Counted from the first letter of the stretch, positions 28,576-38,624 are shown. The stretch: 64,000 bases of DNA from Alphaproteobacteria bacterium (GCA_964291675.2 OZ219866.1:2496001-2560000), one strand, 5' to 3'. The notes: generated by a model from the sequence alone, not told the origin. Made by a program: numbers and translations.

Positions 28576-29319
28576 ATGCACATGAAGACCGTCGAGGTCG
28601 TCGATCGCTCGCCGATGATCGACAAGCTCAACGACATGCTGGAGCTCGATCCGGCGAGAACGGCCATTGTCGCCATCGACATGCATCGGGGCCATCTCGA
28701 CCCCGAGGTGGCGACCATGCCGTGCAGCCCCGAGGTCTGCGACAGCGTGATCGCGAACACCGAGCGGCTGCTCGCCTTCTGCCGCGGCAACGGCCTGCCC
28801 GTCATCCACGTCGTGGTGGTGAACCGGGACATCAGGGGCGTCGGTTCCGAGGCCAGCATCCGGCCGTTCTTCCAGTACATGAACCGCATCAAGGAAGAGA
28901 CCGACCGGCTGGCGCCGGGGCGCCGGACGACGGTCATCGGGCACAACATGGAAGGCAGCGTGCAGACCGAGATCATGCCCCGGCTGTACGACGAATCCGA
29001 CTACGTCATCGACTACAAGAAGCGCCAGGACTGCTTCATCGGCACCGACCTGGAGCTGCTGCTGCAGACCGTCGGCGCCGATACGGTGGTCATCGTCGGC
29101 ATCAACACCAATACCTGCGTGCTCAACACCGCCTTCACCTCGGCGAACAAGAACTACAAGGTCGTGGTGGTCTCGGACTGCGTCGGCACCATGTATGGCG
29201 ACGACCTGCACGAGTTCGCGCTGCAGAACATCAGCCGCTGCCTGGGCTGGGTGCTCACCATCGACGAGTTCGAGGGCAAGGTCGCCGCGTCATTGCCGGA
29301 GCGCCTGGCGGTGTCCTGA
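28576..29319 (+). CDS. Isochorismatase-family cysteine hydrolase
   Basis: TAIVAID (Asp), YKKR (Lys), GINTNTCV (Cys) triad. Confidence 0.92.
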   Translation: MHMKTVEVVDRSPMIDKLNDMLELDPARTAIVAIDMHRGHLDPEVATMPCSPEVCDSVIANTERLLAFCRGNGLPVIHVVVVNRDIRGVGSEASIRPFFQYMNRIKEETDRLAPGRRTTVIGHNMEGSVQTEIMPRLYDESDYVIDYKKRQDCFIGTDLELLLQTVGADTVVIVGINTNTCVLNTAFTSANKNYKVVVVSDCVGTMYGDDLHEFALQNISRCLGWVLTIDEFEGKVAASLPERLAVS

Positions 29320-29333
29320 ACCGCGGGACGGCT

Positions 29334-30441
29334 TCACGCGAAGCCGTGCTCCAGCAGCTCGAGAAAGGCCTCGCGGCCGATGCCGGCGAGGCCCATCCGG
29401 GCGAGCGTCAGCCCTTCCGCGCGGAAATCCCGTTCGAGGATCGTCGAGGCCAGGTGGATGACGTGGTCGATGACCGGCGTCTTCACGCCGGCGATGCGGC
29501 CGAGCTCGGAATAGATCAGGTGGCCGTAGGGCACGTCTTCCAGCAGATAGCGATGCGCGAGCGTCGTCGGCGCCATGATCCAGCGGTCCGGCTCGCTCTG
29601 GTGGAAGGCCTCGTAAGCGAGCCCTGAGGCGCCGGCCTCGTCGGTGGTGTAGCCCATGCGCCAGAACAGCTCGACGAACGGCATGGTCTTGGCATCGAGC
29701 GCCGCGGCCACGGCCAGGCGTTCGCGGTCCACCGCGTCGATCAGCCGGCCGACCGACGGCGTGATCCCGTCATAGTAGTGCCGGAAAATCGCCCCCCGTG
29801 GCCTCGATCCGGCCGGCGTTGCACAGCACCGCCGGCGGGTGGTGGATCGCGTTGCCGTAGGGGAAGACGGTCTCCAGCACGTTGGCGAAGGGCTGCACCG
29901 ACGGGTAGACGGTCCTCACCACCTCGTGCAGCCTGGCCGTCTCGCGCCCCGGGAAGCCGCCGAAGACCATGAAATCCGACACCCGCGAGATGCGGCACTT
30001 GGTGGGCTCGATGCGGCGGCAGAGATAGGGAAGCGTCGCGGTCTCGCAAAATACCGGGTGCGCGATGCCGTGCTCCCTGAGCACATGCGGTATCAGCAAC
30101 AGCGTGTGGCCCGGCGAGACGAACAGGACCTGGTCTTCCCGCAGATGCGGCGCGGCGGCGGACACCCATTTCTCGTGCAGATGGGCGGGGCTCACGATCA
30201 TCACCAGCTCCGCGCCGTCCATCGCCGCTTCGGCGTCGTCGGTGATCGACGCGAGCGGCGCGAAGCCGTCGCCGAACGGGGCGGTGTAGTGGATGCCGCC
30301 GATCTCCTGGAGCGGCGCCAGCGCGTCGCGGTCCTGGCTGTAGAGGCGGATCTGGAAGCCGAGCGTCGTCAGATGCGCCGCCGCCGAGGTGCCGCCCCCG
30401 CCGGCGCCGAAAATGGCGATCCGCTCTACCGTCATGTCCAT
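29334..30441 (-). pseudogene. NAD(P)-dependent opine (octopine/nopaline) dehydrogenase family gene with a one-base frameshift near 29785
   Basis: IAIFGAGGGG, ETATLPY, HHPP, GRIE in the 5' frame; HRYLLEDVPYG in the 3' frame; removing one T restores GGDFRHYYDGITP. Confidence 0.82.
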
Positions 30442-30545
30442 CCCCCCTCCCCGCAACCGTGCCCAAATGCACGCACAGGATCAACTTGCCGGTGCCGTGA
30501 ATTGCCGCCATGCTCGCCGCAGTCGGAATTCGGAACGCAGAGACC

Positions 30546-31777
30546 ATGACAGGACAGGACACGACCGCGCCGCCGCTGGTGTTCAGCCATTTCGGCTACG
30601 ACACCGGCGCCTATGACCGGGCCGTCGATTTCTGGACCCGCGTGTTCGGCTTCGGCATCAGCGACCACGGCCCGCTCGGCAAGCAGCGGATCTGCTTCAT
30701 GACCCGCCGCCCGTTCGAGCATCACCAGCTCGTCGCCGTGAGCGGGCGCGATCCGGCGCAGCCGACCACGGTGGCCGATCTCGGCTTCCGCGCGCCGGAC
30801 CTCGGCGAGCTCAGGCGGATCGCCGCCCTGCTGGCGGAGGAGGGGGGGTGACCGGCATCGCCGCGGTCGATCGCGGCGTGTCGTGGACGCTCCATTTCAC
30901 CGATCCGACGGGGCTTCCCGTCACCATCGATGTCGACACCCCCTGGTACGTCCCGCAGCCGCAGGCCTGGCCGCTCGACCTCGCGTCCGACGACGAGACG
31001 ATCCGCGCGACGACGCGGGCGCGCTGCGAGGATCGCGCGGGCTTCTGCAGCCGCGAGGAATGGCGCGCGGAGACCGAGGCCACGCTGGCCGCGAGCGGCA
31101 AGCTGCAGCTCCAGGCGACGCCGACCGTCGACCCTCCGCCGCCCGATGCCGGACCGGTCTTCCGCAACGATTTCGGCACCGGCGAGCGGTTTCCCCGTGT
31201 CTCGATGTTCCGCGTCGGCATGCTGGCGATCGATCTCGACGCGCTGGCCGACTTCTACGAGACCGAGCTCGGCTATCTCGTGACCGGGCGCGGGCTGCGC
31301 CCCGCCGTCGGCGAAGTTCCGGCGGCGGAGGTCGTCTACCTCACGCGCGACCCCAGCCAGGTCGCCCAGCTCGTCCTCGTCGCCGGGCGCCCGGCGGAGC
31401 TTCCGAGCAGCATCAACCAGGTCACCTTCAGGGTGCCGTCGCTGCCGGCGCTGCGCGAGGTGTGCGCACGCATGTACGCCCATCCCGAGGTCGACGACTA
31501 CCGCCCGGTGGATCACGGCAACTCGTTCTCGCTCTACTGCAACGACCCGGAGGGCAACACGATCGAGCTCAGCCGCGAATCCGCCTGGTACACGCCGGCG
31601 CCCAGCGCCTGGCCGCTCGACCTTACGCTGTCCGACGAGGAGATATTGCGCGTGTCCGAGGCGCGCTGCCATTCGGTGCCGGGCTTCATGATGCGGGCCG
31701 ACTGGAAGGCGCGGGCGCGGGCGCAGCTGCTCGATGCCGGGCGGCTCGAGGCCGAAGCTTTTCCCCGGCCCGCCTGA
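30546..31777 (+). pseudogene. Tandemly duplicated VOC/glyoxalase-family protein, frameshifted in a G7 run (30842-30848)
   Basis: Two homologous halves (F...LG/FG..., QLV..GR, VD.G.S..L...DP.G, WY.P.P.AWPLDL); the first half is split across two frames. Confidence 0.78.
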
Positions 31778-31791
31778 CCGGCGATCGCCCG

Positions 31792-32787
31792 CTACCGGCC
31801 GGCGGCGAATTCCCTGAGCACGTCGAGCGCGAGCCTGCGGTCGTCCGGCGAGCCGCGGATCTGGATCGCGGGCTCGGTCACGCCGGTCTCCAGATAGGCG
31901 GCCAGCCGGTCGCGGCAGTTGGCCGGCGTGCCGCCGACCGCGAACGCATCCACCGCGTCGTCGGGAACCAGGCGTTTGGCGGTCTCCATGTCGCGCCTGG
32001 CGACGGCGGCGACGATCGCCTCATGGTCGATGGGCAGGCCCGAGGAGCGGATGTTGTCCGCCATGGCGCGGTTGCGGAACAGGAAGGCGAGCCGCCCGCG
32101 CAGATGGTCCACCGCCTCCCGCCCGTCCGCCGAGACCGCGAAGTAGAGGAACGCGGCGCTGCGCAGCGCGCCCGGATCGCGCCCCGCCGCAAGCGCGCCT
32201 TCGGCGATCCGGTCGAGGCTGTGGCGCACATGGGCGAGCGTCAGCCCGCCCGACAGCACCACCCCGTCGGCGATGCGCCCGGTCAGCCGCAGCATCTGCT
32301 CCCGGGTCGCCGCGACATAGATCGGGATGGGCGCGGGCGGGGCGAACGCCATGCGCGCGCCGGCGAGGCGGAAGAACGCCCCGTCATAGGTCACCGCCTC
32401 GCCGGTCCAGAGCGCCCGCAGGCACTCGATGAACTCGCGCACCGCCCGGATTGGCCGCTCGGGCTCGACCCCCGACTCGCCGAGGAACAGCGGATTGCCG
32501 ACGCCGATGGCGACGCCGACCCGGCCCGGCGCCACGTCGGTCAGGGTCGCGAGCGACATCGCCGTCGGGGTCGGGTGCCACAGATAGGGGCTGATCGCGG
32601 TCGGGATCACCGTCGCCCTCTCGGTCGACATCGCAAAGGCCATGCAGCCGGCGACGGCCTCGCGATAGCCCATGTGCTCGGCCATCCAGATCCGCTCGGC
32701 GCCCGCCTGCTCCGCCTCGCGGACGATTTCGAGCGAATCGGTCAGTCGGTCGAACCCGTCGAAGCGAATACCGAGTCCCGGGCTCAT
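31792..32787 (-). CDS. LLM class flavin-dependent oxidoreductase (Mer-like)
   Basis: IWMAEH, PGRVGVAIGVG, PIPIYVAA...MLRLTGRIADG. Confidence 0.9.
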   Translation of the reverse strand: MSPGLGIRFDGFDRLTDSLEIVREAEQAGAERIWMAEHMGYREAVAGCMAFAMSTERATVIPTAISPYLWHPTPTAMSLATLTDVAPGRVGVAIGVGNPLFLGESGVEPERPIRAVREFIECLRALWTGEAVTYDGAFFRLAGARMAFAPPAPIPIYVAATREQMLRLTGRIADGVVLSGGLTLAHVRHSLDRIAEGALAAGRDPGALRSAAFLYFAVSADGREAVDHLRGRLAFLFRNRAMADNIRSSGLPIDHEAIVAAVARRDMETAKRLVPDDAVDAFAVGGTPANCRDRLAAYLETGVTEPAIQIRGSPDDRRLALDVLREFAAGR

Positions 32788-32807
32788 CGATCCTCCATCC
32801 CTCGCCG

Positions 32808-34019
32808 CTATGCCCGGGCGGGGCGCGCGGCGAGCACGCCGCCCTGCGGCAGCATCAGCACCGCGGCGAGGATGGCGCCCGCCGCCGCCGCCATCGCCAC
32901 GAACAGCGCGCCGAAACCCCAGCTCGCATGGATTCCCGCGATCGCCGGCAGCGCCGATGCCATCACCGAGAACGTCACGATGTAGCGGATGGCATACAGC
33001 CGGCTGCGCCACGCGCTGCTCGCGATCCGCCCGATCAGCACGTCGTTGATCGGGATCTGCCCGAACACCGCGAGCATGAAGGCGATGGCGACGACGAGGG
33101 CGGCGATGCCGGTGAGCTGGACCATGATCGCGAAGAACACCGCCTGGAGCAGGGCGACGACGGCAAAGACGGCGCGCAGCGAATGGCGGTCGACGAGCCA
33201 GCCCACCACGAGCTGCGCGAGCGCCGCCACGGCGAAGACCAGGAACGCGTAGCCGCCGATCTCGGTGGCGGTCCCGGCGAGGTCGGCGAGGCGTTCGTCG
33301 AAGATCTTGGGCAGCGCGAAGGTGGTGCTCTGGAAGATCAGCCCGCCGATCGCGGTGGTGATCACGACGACCGCCAGCACGCGCCGGAAGGCCGCGCGGC
33401 CGATCGACGACGCGCCCCCGGATGCCGCCTTCGCCGGCGCGGCGGCGCGGCCGGGAAGGCGGCGGCCGCGCCCGGTCCAGAGGAACGCCGCATAGGCCGC
33501 GCCGAGGCCGATCGAGACGGCGCCCGGCAGGACGAACGCGCTGCGCCAGCCGCCGGTGTCGATCAGCCAGCCGGTCAGCAGCGCCGCCGCCGCGACCCCG
33601 AGATTGCCGAACACGCCGTTGACCGCCAGCGGCACGCCCGTCCTGTCGCGGCCCTCGACCACCATGGCGAGCCCGACCGGGTGGTAGATCGCCGCGAACA
33701 CGCCGATCGCCAGCAGGCCGAGCGCGATGCCGAGCGGCGTATCCGCCAGCGCGGTGGCGATCGAGCCCGCCCCGATGCCGACGAAGAAGACCACCATCAT
33801 GCCCTCGCGGCTCCACTTGTCGGCGATCCATCCCGCCGGGATCGCGCAGATCCCGAAGGCGACGAAGCCGGGCGTGGCGTAGGGGATGAGCGCCGCGTAG
33901 CTCATGCCCCACTCCTCGGCGAGGCGGAGCGCCGCGACCGTGGCGAAGATCAGCATGAACAGATGGTCGAGGAAGTGCCCGACATTGAGGAACAGGAAGT
34001 TGAGGCTGCGGCGCGACAT
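32808..34019 (-). CDS. MFS transporter
   Basis: GHFLDH, GWIADKWSR, AAIYHPVG, about 12 TM segments. Confidence 0.9.
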   Translation of the reverse strand: MSRRSLNFLFLNVGHFLDHLFMLIFATVAALRLAEEWGMSYAALIPYATPGFVAFGICAIPAGWIADKWSREGMMVVFFVGIGAGSIATALADTPLGIALGLLAIGVFAAIYHPVGLAMVVEGRDRTGVPLAVNGVFGNLGVAAAALLTGWLIDTGGWRSAFVLPGAVSIGLGAAYAAFLWTGRGRRLPGRAAAPAKAASGGASSIGRAAFRRVLAVVVITTAIGGLIFQSTTFALPKIFDERLADLAGTATEIGGYAFLVFAVAALAQLVVGWLVDRHSLRAVFAVVALLQAVFFAIMVQLTGIAALVVAIAFMLAVFGQIPINDVLIGRIASSAWRSRLYAIRYIVTFSVMASALPAIAGIHASWGFGALFVAMAAAAGAILAAVLMLPQGGVLAARPARA

Positions 34020-34026
34020 GGCGGGG

Positions 34027-35010
34027 TTATCGCAGGAGGTCGGCGGCCGTGCCAAGCGCCGCGACCGCCTGGTCGACGATCCGCTCCACCAGCGCGCCGG
34101 CGCGAGGCCGGTCGGCGATCAGGTCCAGCCCCTCGCCGGCGAAGGTGACCGCGACATCGGTGTCGCCGTCGCGCTGGGCGGCGAAGAAGCGTTCGTGCAA
34201 CGCCGCGCCCTCGCCGCGCAACGCCGCGTCGCGCCCGTGCCAGGTCTCCGAGAAGGCGTTGCGTATCGCCCTGCCGGTATAGGGCTCGGGCCAGACGATG
34301 CCGCGCGCGGTGTCGAAGACCCTGGTGCGCAACGTGTCGTCGCCGCCGGCGCGCGCGATCAGCGCCTTCTGGTTCGGGTGGCCGAGCGCCTCCTCGGTCG
34401 CCCAGAAGCGGGTGCCGATCAGCGCCGCTCCCGCGCCGAGCGTCAGCGCCGCGGCGAGCCCGCGCCCGTCGGCGATGCCGCCCGCGGCGACGACCGGGAC
34501 CGGCGCCACCGCGTCGACCACCGCCGGCACCAGTGGCAGCGTCGCCCGGTCCGCCCCATGGCCGCCGGCCTCGGTGCCCTGGGCGACGACGATCCCGGCG
34601 CCGTTCGCCGCCGCCTTCCGCGCGTCCTTCAGGGTCTGGACCTGACAGATCGGCACGGCGCCCGCATCGCGGATCTTCGCGGCGTAAGGCCCGACGTCGC
34701 CGAAGGAGAGCATCACCGCGAGCGGGCGCAGTTCCAGCGCCGCGTCGAGCGCTTCCGGCCGCCGGTTGAGCGCCCAGGTGATGAAGCCGATGCCGACGGG
34801 CGCATTGCCCGCCGCGTCGAACTCCGCCCGTATCCACTCCTCCGAGCCCCAGCCGAGCGCCGGGTCGGCATAGCCGGCCCCGATCAGCCCGAGCCCGCCC
34901 GCCGCCGACACCGCGCCGGCCAGCGCGCCGCCGGCGACGCCGCCCATCGGGGCGAGCAGGATCGGATGGTCGATGCCGAGCAGGCGGGTGACCGCGGTCG
35001 AGAGCGTCAT
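34027..35010 (-). CDS. Nitronate monooxygenase family flavoprotein
   Basis: PILLAPMGG, AGGLGLIG, QGTEAGGH, VAAGGIADGRG, IGTRF. Confidence 0.93.
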   Translation of the reverse strand: MTLSTAVTRLLGIDHPILLAPMGGVAGGALAGAVSAAGGLGLIGAGYADPALGWGSEEWIRAEFDAAGNAPVGIGFITWALNRRPEALDAALELRPLAVMLSFGDVGPYAAKIRDAGAVPICQVQTLKDARKAAANGAGIVVAQGTEAGGHGADRATLPLVPAVVDAVAPVPVVAAGGIADGRGLAAALTLGAGAALIGTRFWATEEALGHPNQKALIARAGGDDTLRTRVFDTARGIVWPEPYTGRAIRNAFSETWHGRDAALRGEGAALHERFFAAQRDGDTDVAVTFAGEGLDLIADRPRAGALVERIVDQAVAALGTAADLLR

Positions 35011-35014
35011 CGGC

Positions 35015-35320
35015 TCAGATCGTCTGGATCAGCTCCACCACGTCGCGGGTGCGGGTCACCTTGCCGCTCCAGTGGCGGTCGAACTCGGCGATCATTCCCT
35101 TGAGCGCGTTGGACCCCATGATCCGGTTCACCGCCGCGAGATCGGCGAATTCGTAGAATGCGACGTGAACGTTCTCCTCCACGTCGCTCCACCCCCGGCT
35201 CGCCCCCGCCGCGTCGAACGCAGCCACGGCGTCCGGCAGGTGCTCCTCCTGGTACCAGCGGTCGAACGCCTCCCTCGCGTCGGGGTCCACCTCCGCGCGC
35301 ACGATGAAATATGCGGTCAT
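35015..35320 (-). CDS. Dimeric alpha-beta barrel (EthD-like) protein
   Basis: FDRWYQEEHLPD motif; GAGG RBS. Confidence 0.75.
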   Translation of the reverse strand: MTAYFIVRAEVDPDAREAFDRWYQEEHLPDAVAAFDAAGASRGWSDVEENVHVAFYEFADLAAVNRIMGSNALKGMIAEFDRHWSGKVTRTRDVVELIQTI

Positions 35321-35499
35321 CCACTGCCTCCGTCCGACGATGCGCGGCGAGATTAGGACGTAGCCGTCCTGGATGGAACCACGGCGGCGTTGCGTTCCTC
35401 GATTCGGCGCTTCGCGCCTACTCGAGACTAGGGTCTTGGGCCGTCTACCGCCCCACCCTCATCCTGCGGATCGAAGGACTCACCCTGTCCTCCCCACAA

Positions 35500-35658
35500 C
35501 GTCATGCCCGCCCCCGGATCAAGTCCGGGGGTGATCCGGGGACCCATGCGGCCTCTCCGCACGCACGGCGATCCGTCTGGAAGGGCGGCGACGGGACGGG
35601 CCGCACCCGGCTCTTCATGCACCGCCCATGGATGCCCGGATCAAGTCCGGGCATGACG
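35500..35658. repeat. Alphaproteobacterial palindromic REP/RPE-like element
   Basis: GTCATGCCCG...CCGGATCAAGTCCGG...GATCCGGGGACCCATG pairs with CATGGATGCCCGGATCAAGTCCGGGCATGAC. Confidence 0.75.
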
Positions 35659-35780
35659 AGGGCGGGAAGCATGACGAGGGAGGAAGCGGGCGTATCGAAG
35701 CACGGCCGCCTCCATGGGGCACAATAACCCCGCCCCATATGCGATAGTTGGCGCCCAGGCTGCGGAGGCGGGGGCGGGCG

Positions 35781-36680
35781 GTGGACGACCATCTGATCGG
35801 GATTCTGTCCAATATCGGGATGATCTCGTTCATCGCGCTGTCGGCCTATCTGCTGCTGATCGTGGGCGAGATCTCGTTCGGGCAGCAGGCGTTCTTCGCC
35901 ATCGGCGCCTATGCCGCGGGGATCGCAACGGCGATGTGGGGCTGGGATTTCTGGCCCGGGCTGGTGTGGGGGGCGGGTATCGCCGCGCTCGCCGCGGTGC
36001 TGGTCGGCATCCCGACGCTCAGGATCCGCGGGCTCTATTTCTCGATCGCCACGCTCGCCTTCGCCGAGATGGTGCGCTTGGTCTTCGAGGTGTTCGAGTA
36101 CCGCATCGAGATCGACGGCGAGACGGTCGGGCCCGACGGCTCGGACGGGTTCCGCGACATCCGCTACATCTTCGAGAACGACATCACGGCGTTCGAATAC
36201 ATGACGATGATCTACGCCCTGCTCGCCGCCGTGCTCGCCGGGTTCTTCCTGCTGGAACGCTCGCGCCTGGGGTCGATCTTCCGCATGATCGGCCAGGACC
36301 AAATCCTCGCCGAGATGCAGGGGCTCAACGTCACCCTCTACAAGATCCTCGCGCTCTGCATCGCCGGCTTCGTCGCCGGGATCGGCGGCGCGCTCTACGC
36401 GCACCTGACGACCTTCGTCGAGCCCAAGATCTTCAACGTCATGCTGGGCGTCCACAGCCTGGCCTACGGGCTGATCGGCGGGCTCGGCACCGCGTTCGGC
36501 CCGCTCATCGGGGTCGCCATCGATATCGGCTTTCTCGAGAGCGTGCAGTTCATCTCGGGCTACCGGATGATCGCCTTCGGCGGGCTGGTGGCGGTGCTGC
36601 TGATCGTCCGCCCGCGCGGCCTGCTGGACGAGGCGGCGGTCAACCGGATCAGGCTGGCGCTGCGCCGCCGCCATGCTTGA
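35781..36680 (+). CDS. livM: LivM-like ABC permease
   Basis: GEISFGQQAFFAIGAY, YFSIATLAFAE; GTG start. Confidence 0.9.
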   Translation: MDDHLIGILSNIGMISFIALSAYLLLIVGEISFGQQAFFAIGAYAAGIATAMWGWDFWPGLVWGAGIAALAAVLVGIPTLRIRGLYFSIATLAFAEMVRLVFEVFEYRIEIDGETVGPDGSDGFRDIRYIFENDITAFEYMTMIYALLAAVLAGFFLLERSRLGSIFRMIGQDQILAEMQGLNVTLYKILALCIAGFVAGIGGALYAHLTTFVEPKIFNVMLGVHSLAYGLIGGLGTAFGPLIGVAIDIGFLESVQFISGYRMIAFGGLVAVLLIVRPRGLLDEAAVNRIRLALRRRHA

Positions 36681-37431
36681 GGTCGAGAACCTGGTCCGCA
36701 AGTTCGGCGCCGTCGAGGCCATCGCCGGGCTCGATCTCGCCGTCACGCCCGGCGACTGCCTCGGGCTGATCGGTCCCAACGGGTCGGGCAAGACCACGCT
36801 GTTCAACGTGGTCACCGGGGTTTACCCGCCGAGCGCGGGCATCATCCGCCTCGACGGCGAGGACATCGCCGGGTCGAAGCCCGACCGGATCGTGAACCGG
36901 GGCGTCGCGCGCACCTTCCAGAACCTCCGCATCTTCGAGCGCATGACGGTGTTCGAGAACGTTTGGGCGGCGCAGCACCGGCGCGGCGACGTGGCACCGC
37001 GCGAATTGCTGTTCGCCCGCCCTGCCGCCGAGCGCGCGCGGCGGGCGGAGGTCGACGCGCTGCTGGAACGGGCCGGGCTCGCGGACCGGCGCGACATCCT
37101 GGCCGGTGGGTTGCCGCTGCCCGACCAGCGGCGCCTGGAGCTCGTGCGCGCACTCGCGCGCGGCCCCCGGCTGCTGCTGCTCGACGAGCCCGCCGGCGGC
37201 ATGACCCCGGCCGAGACCGAGCGCATGGCGGAGCTGATCCGCGAGGCGGCGATCCCCGGGCGCACCTGCATCGTCATCGAGCACAAGATGGAGATGATCC
37301 GCGAGCTCTGCGACCGCGTCTGCGTGCTCGATTTCGGCCGCAAGATCGCCGAGGGCTCGCCCGGGTCGGTGCTGCGCGACGACCGGGTGATCGAGGCCTA
37401 TATCGGGCGCGAGGTCGGCGAAGATGCTTGA
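36673..37431 (+). CDS. livG: LivG-like ABC ATPase
   Basis: GPNGSGKTT, ARTFQNLRIF, LLLDEPAGG; degenerate signature LPLPDQRR. Confidence 0.9.
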   Translation: MLEVENLVRKFGAVEAIAGLDLAVTPGDCLGLIGPNGSGKTTLFNVVTGVYPPSAGIIRLDGEDIAGSKPDRIVNRGVARTFQNLRIFERMTVFENVWAAQHRRGDVAPRELLFARPAAERARRAEVDALLERAGLADRRDILAGGLPLPDQRRLELVRALARGPRLLLLDEPAGGMTPAETERMAELIREAAIPGRTCIVIEHKMEMIRELCDRVCVLDFGRKIAEGSPGSVLRDDRVIEAYIGREVGEDA

Positions 37432-38146
37432 GCTGCGCGACCTGCGGGTGGATTACGGCCGGATCCGGGCGCTCCAGGGGGTCTCGCTCGACGTGCGCGA
37501 GGGCGAGATCGTCGCGCTGATCGGCGCCAACGGGGCGGGCAAAAGCTCGACGATGAACGCGATCTCCGGCATCGTCCGGCCGTCCGGCGGCGAGATCCGC
37601 TTCGCGGGCGAGGACCTCGCCGGGCTGGCCTCGCACGCGATCGTGCGGCGCGGCATCGTCCAGGTGCCGGAGGGGCGGCTGATCTTCGCCGGGCTGACGA
37701 TCGAGGAGAATCTGCGGCTCGCCGCCGCCGCCTGCCATGACCGGCGGGCCGAGGAAGCGGCGCTCGACCGCGTGCTGGCGCTGTTTCCCATGCTCGCCGA
37801 CCGGTTGAAGGACCGGGGGTCCGGGCTCAGCGGCGGGCAGGCCCAGATGCTGGCGCTGGCGCGCGGGCTGGTCGCATCGCCGCGGCTGCTGCTGCTCGAC
37901 GAGCCCTCGCTCGGCCTCGCCCCGGTCGCCGCCATCGAGGTGTTCGACCTGATCTCCAGGCTGCGAGGGAGCGGGGTCACGGTGCTGCTTGTCGAGCAGA
38001 ACGTGCGCCGGGCGCTCGCCATCGCCGATCGCGGCTATGTCCTCGAAAGCGGACGGATTACACTCGACGGCGAGGCGCGGGAATTGCTCGGCCACGAACT
38101 TCTGGTGCGCTCCTATCTCGGCATCCACAAGAGGGAGGTCGCGTGA
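37424..38146 (+). CDS. livF: LivF-like ABC ATPase
   Basis: GANGAGKSS, LSGGQAQM, LDEPSLGLAP. Confidence 0.92.
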   Translation: MLELRDLRVDYGRIRALQGVSLDVREGEIVALIGANGAGKSSTMNAISGIVRPSGGEIRFAGEDLAGLASHAIVRRGIVQVPEGRLIFAGLTIEENLRLAAAACHDRRAEEAALDRVLALFPMLADRLKDRGSGLSGGQAQMLALARGLVASPRLLLLDEPSLGLAPVAAIEVFDLISRLRGSGVTVLLVEQNVRRALAIADRGYVLESGRITLDGEARELLGHELLVRSYLGIHKREVA

Positions 38147-38565
38147 TGGTCCGGACGGCATTGGCGATCGCCGCCGCGGTGTCGGCGGCGCTCTTGACGG
38201 GCGGCGCCGCGGCCGCCGACCGGGCGAAGGCGACGGTCGAGTGCGCGCCCACCGCCGAGCGGCTGGTCTATGACTGCAAGATCATGCTGATGGGCCGCAA
38301 GAGCGGCGCCCCGCTCGCGGGCGCGAAGCTGGTGGTCGGCGCCGACATGCCGTCGATGCCGCTCGCCCACAATGTCAGGCCGGTGACGGCGGCGCCCGGC
38401 GGGGCGCCCGGCATGTACGAGGCGCGGATCGAGCTCGAGATGCACGGCGAATGGGCGCTCAGGCTCGACGTCTCCGGGCCGCTGCGCGACCGCCTGATCC
38501 ACAAGATGCATTTCGGCGGGGCGAAGGGTGGCGAGACGGAGCAAAAGCACCACATGAAGAAATAG
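38143..38565 (+). CDS. FixH/YtkA-like secreted Ig-fold protein
   Basis: Signal peptide, ADMPSMPLAH, PGMY...LEMHGEW, His/Met-rich tail. Confidence 0.75.
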   Translation: MMVRTALAIAAAVSAALLTGGAAAADRAKATVECAPTAERLVYDCKIMLMGRKSGAPLAGAKLVVGADMPSMPLAHNVRPVTAAPGGAPGMYEARIELEMHGEWALRLDVSGPLRDRLIHKMHFGGAKGGETEQKHHMKK

Positions 38566-38624
38566 ATGCGGCGCCTCCGTTGCGCTCGAAGGGATTGGCT
38601 CCAATATCATTGCGAGGGGTGACC

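Noticed and set aside
30849-30851. UGA read-through in the VOC gene
   Set aside because: The continuation is in a different frame, so it is an indel rather than recoding
35311-35727. ORFs across the 35.3-35.7 kb gap
   Set aside because: They translate the palindromic repeat and lack an RBS or typical codon usage
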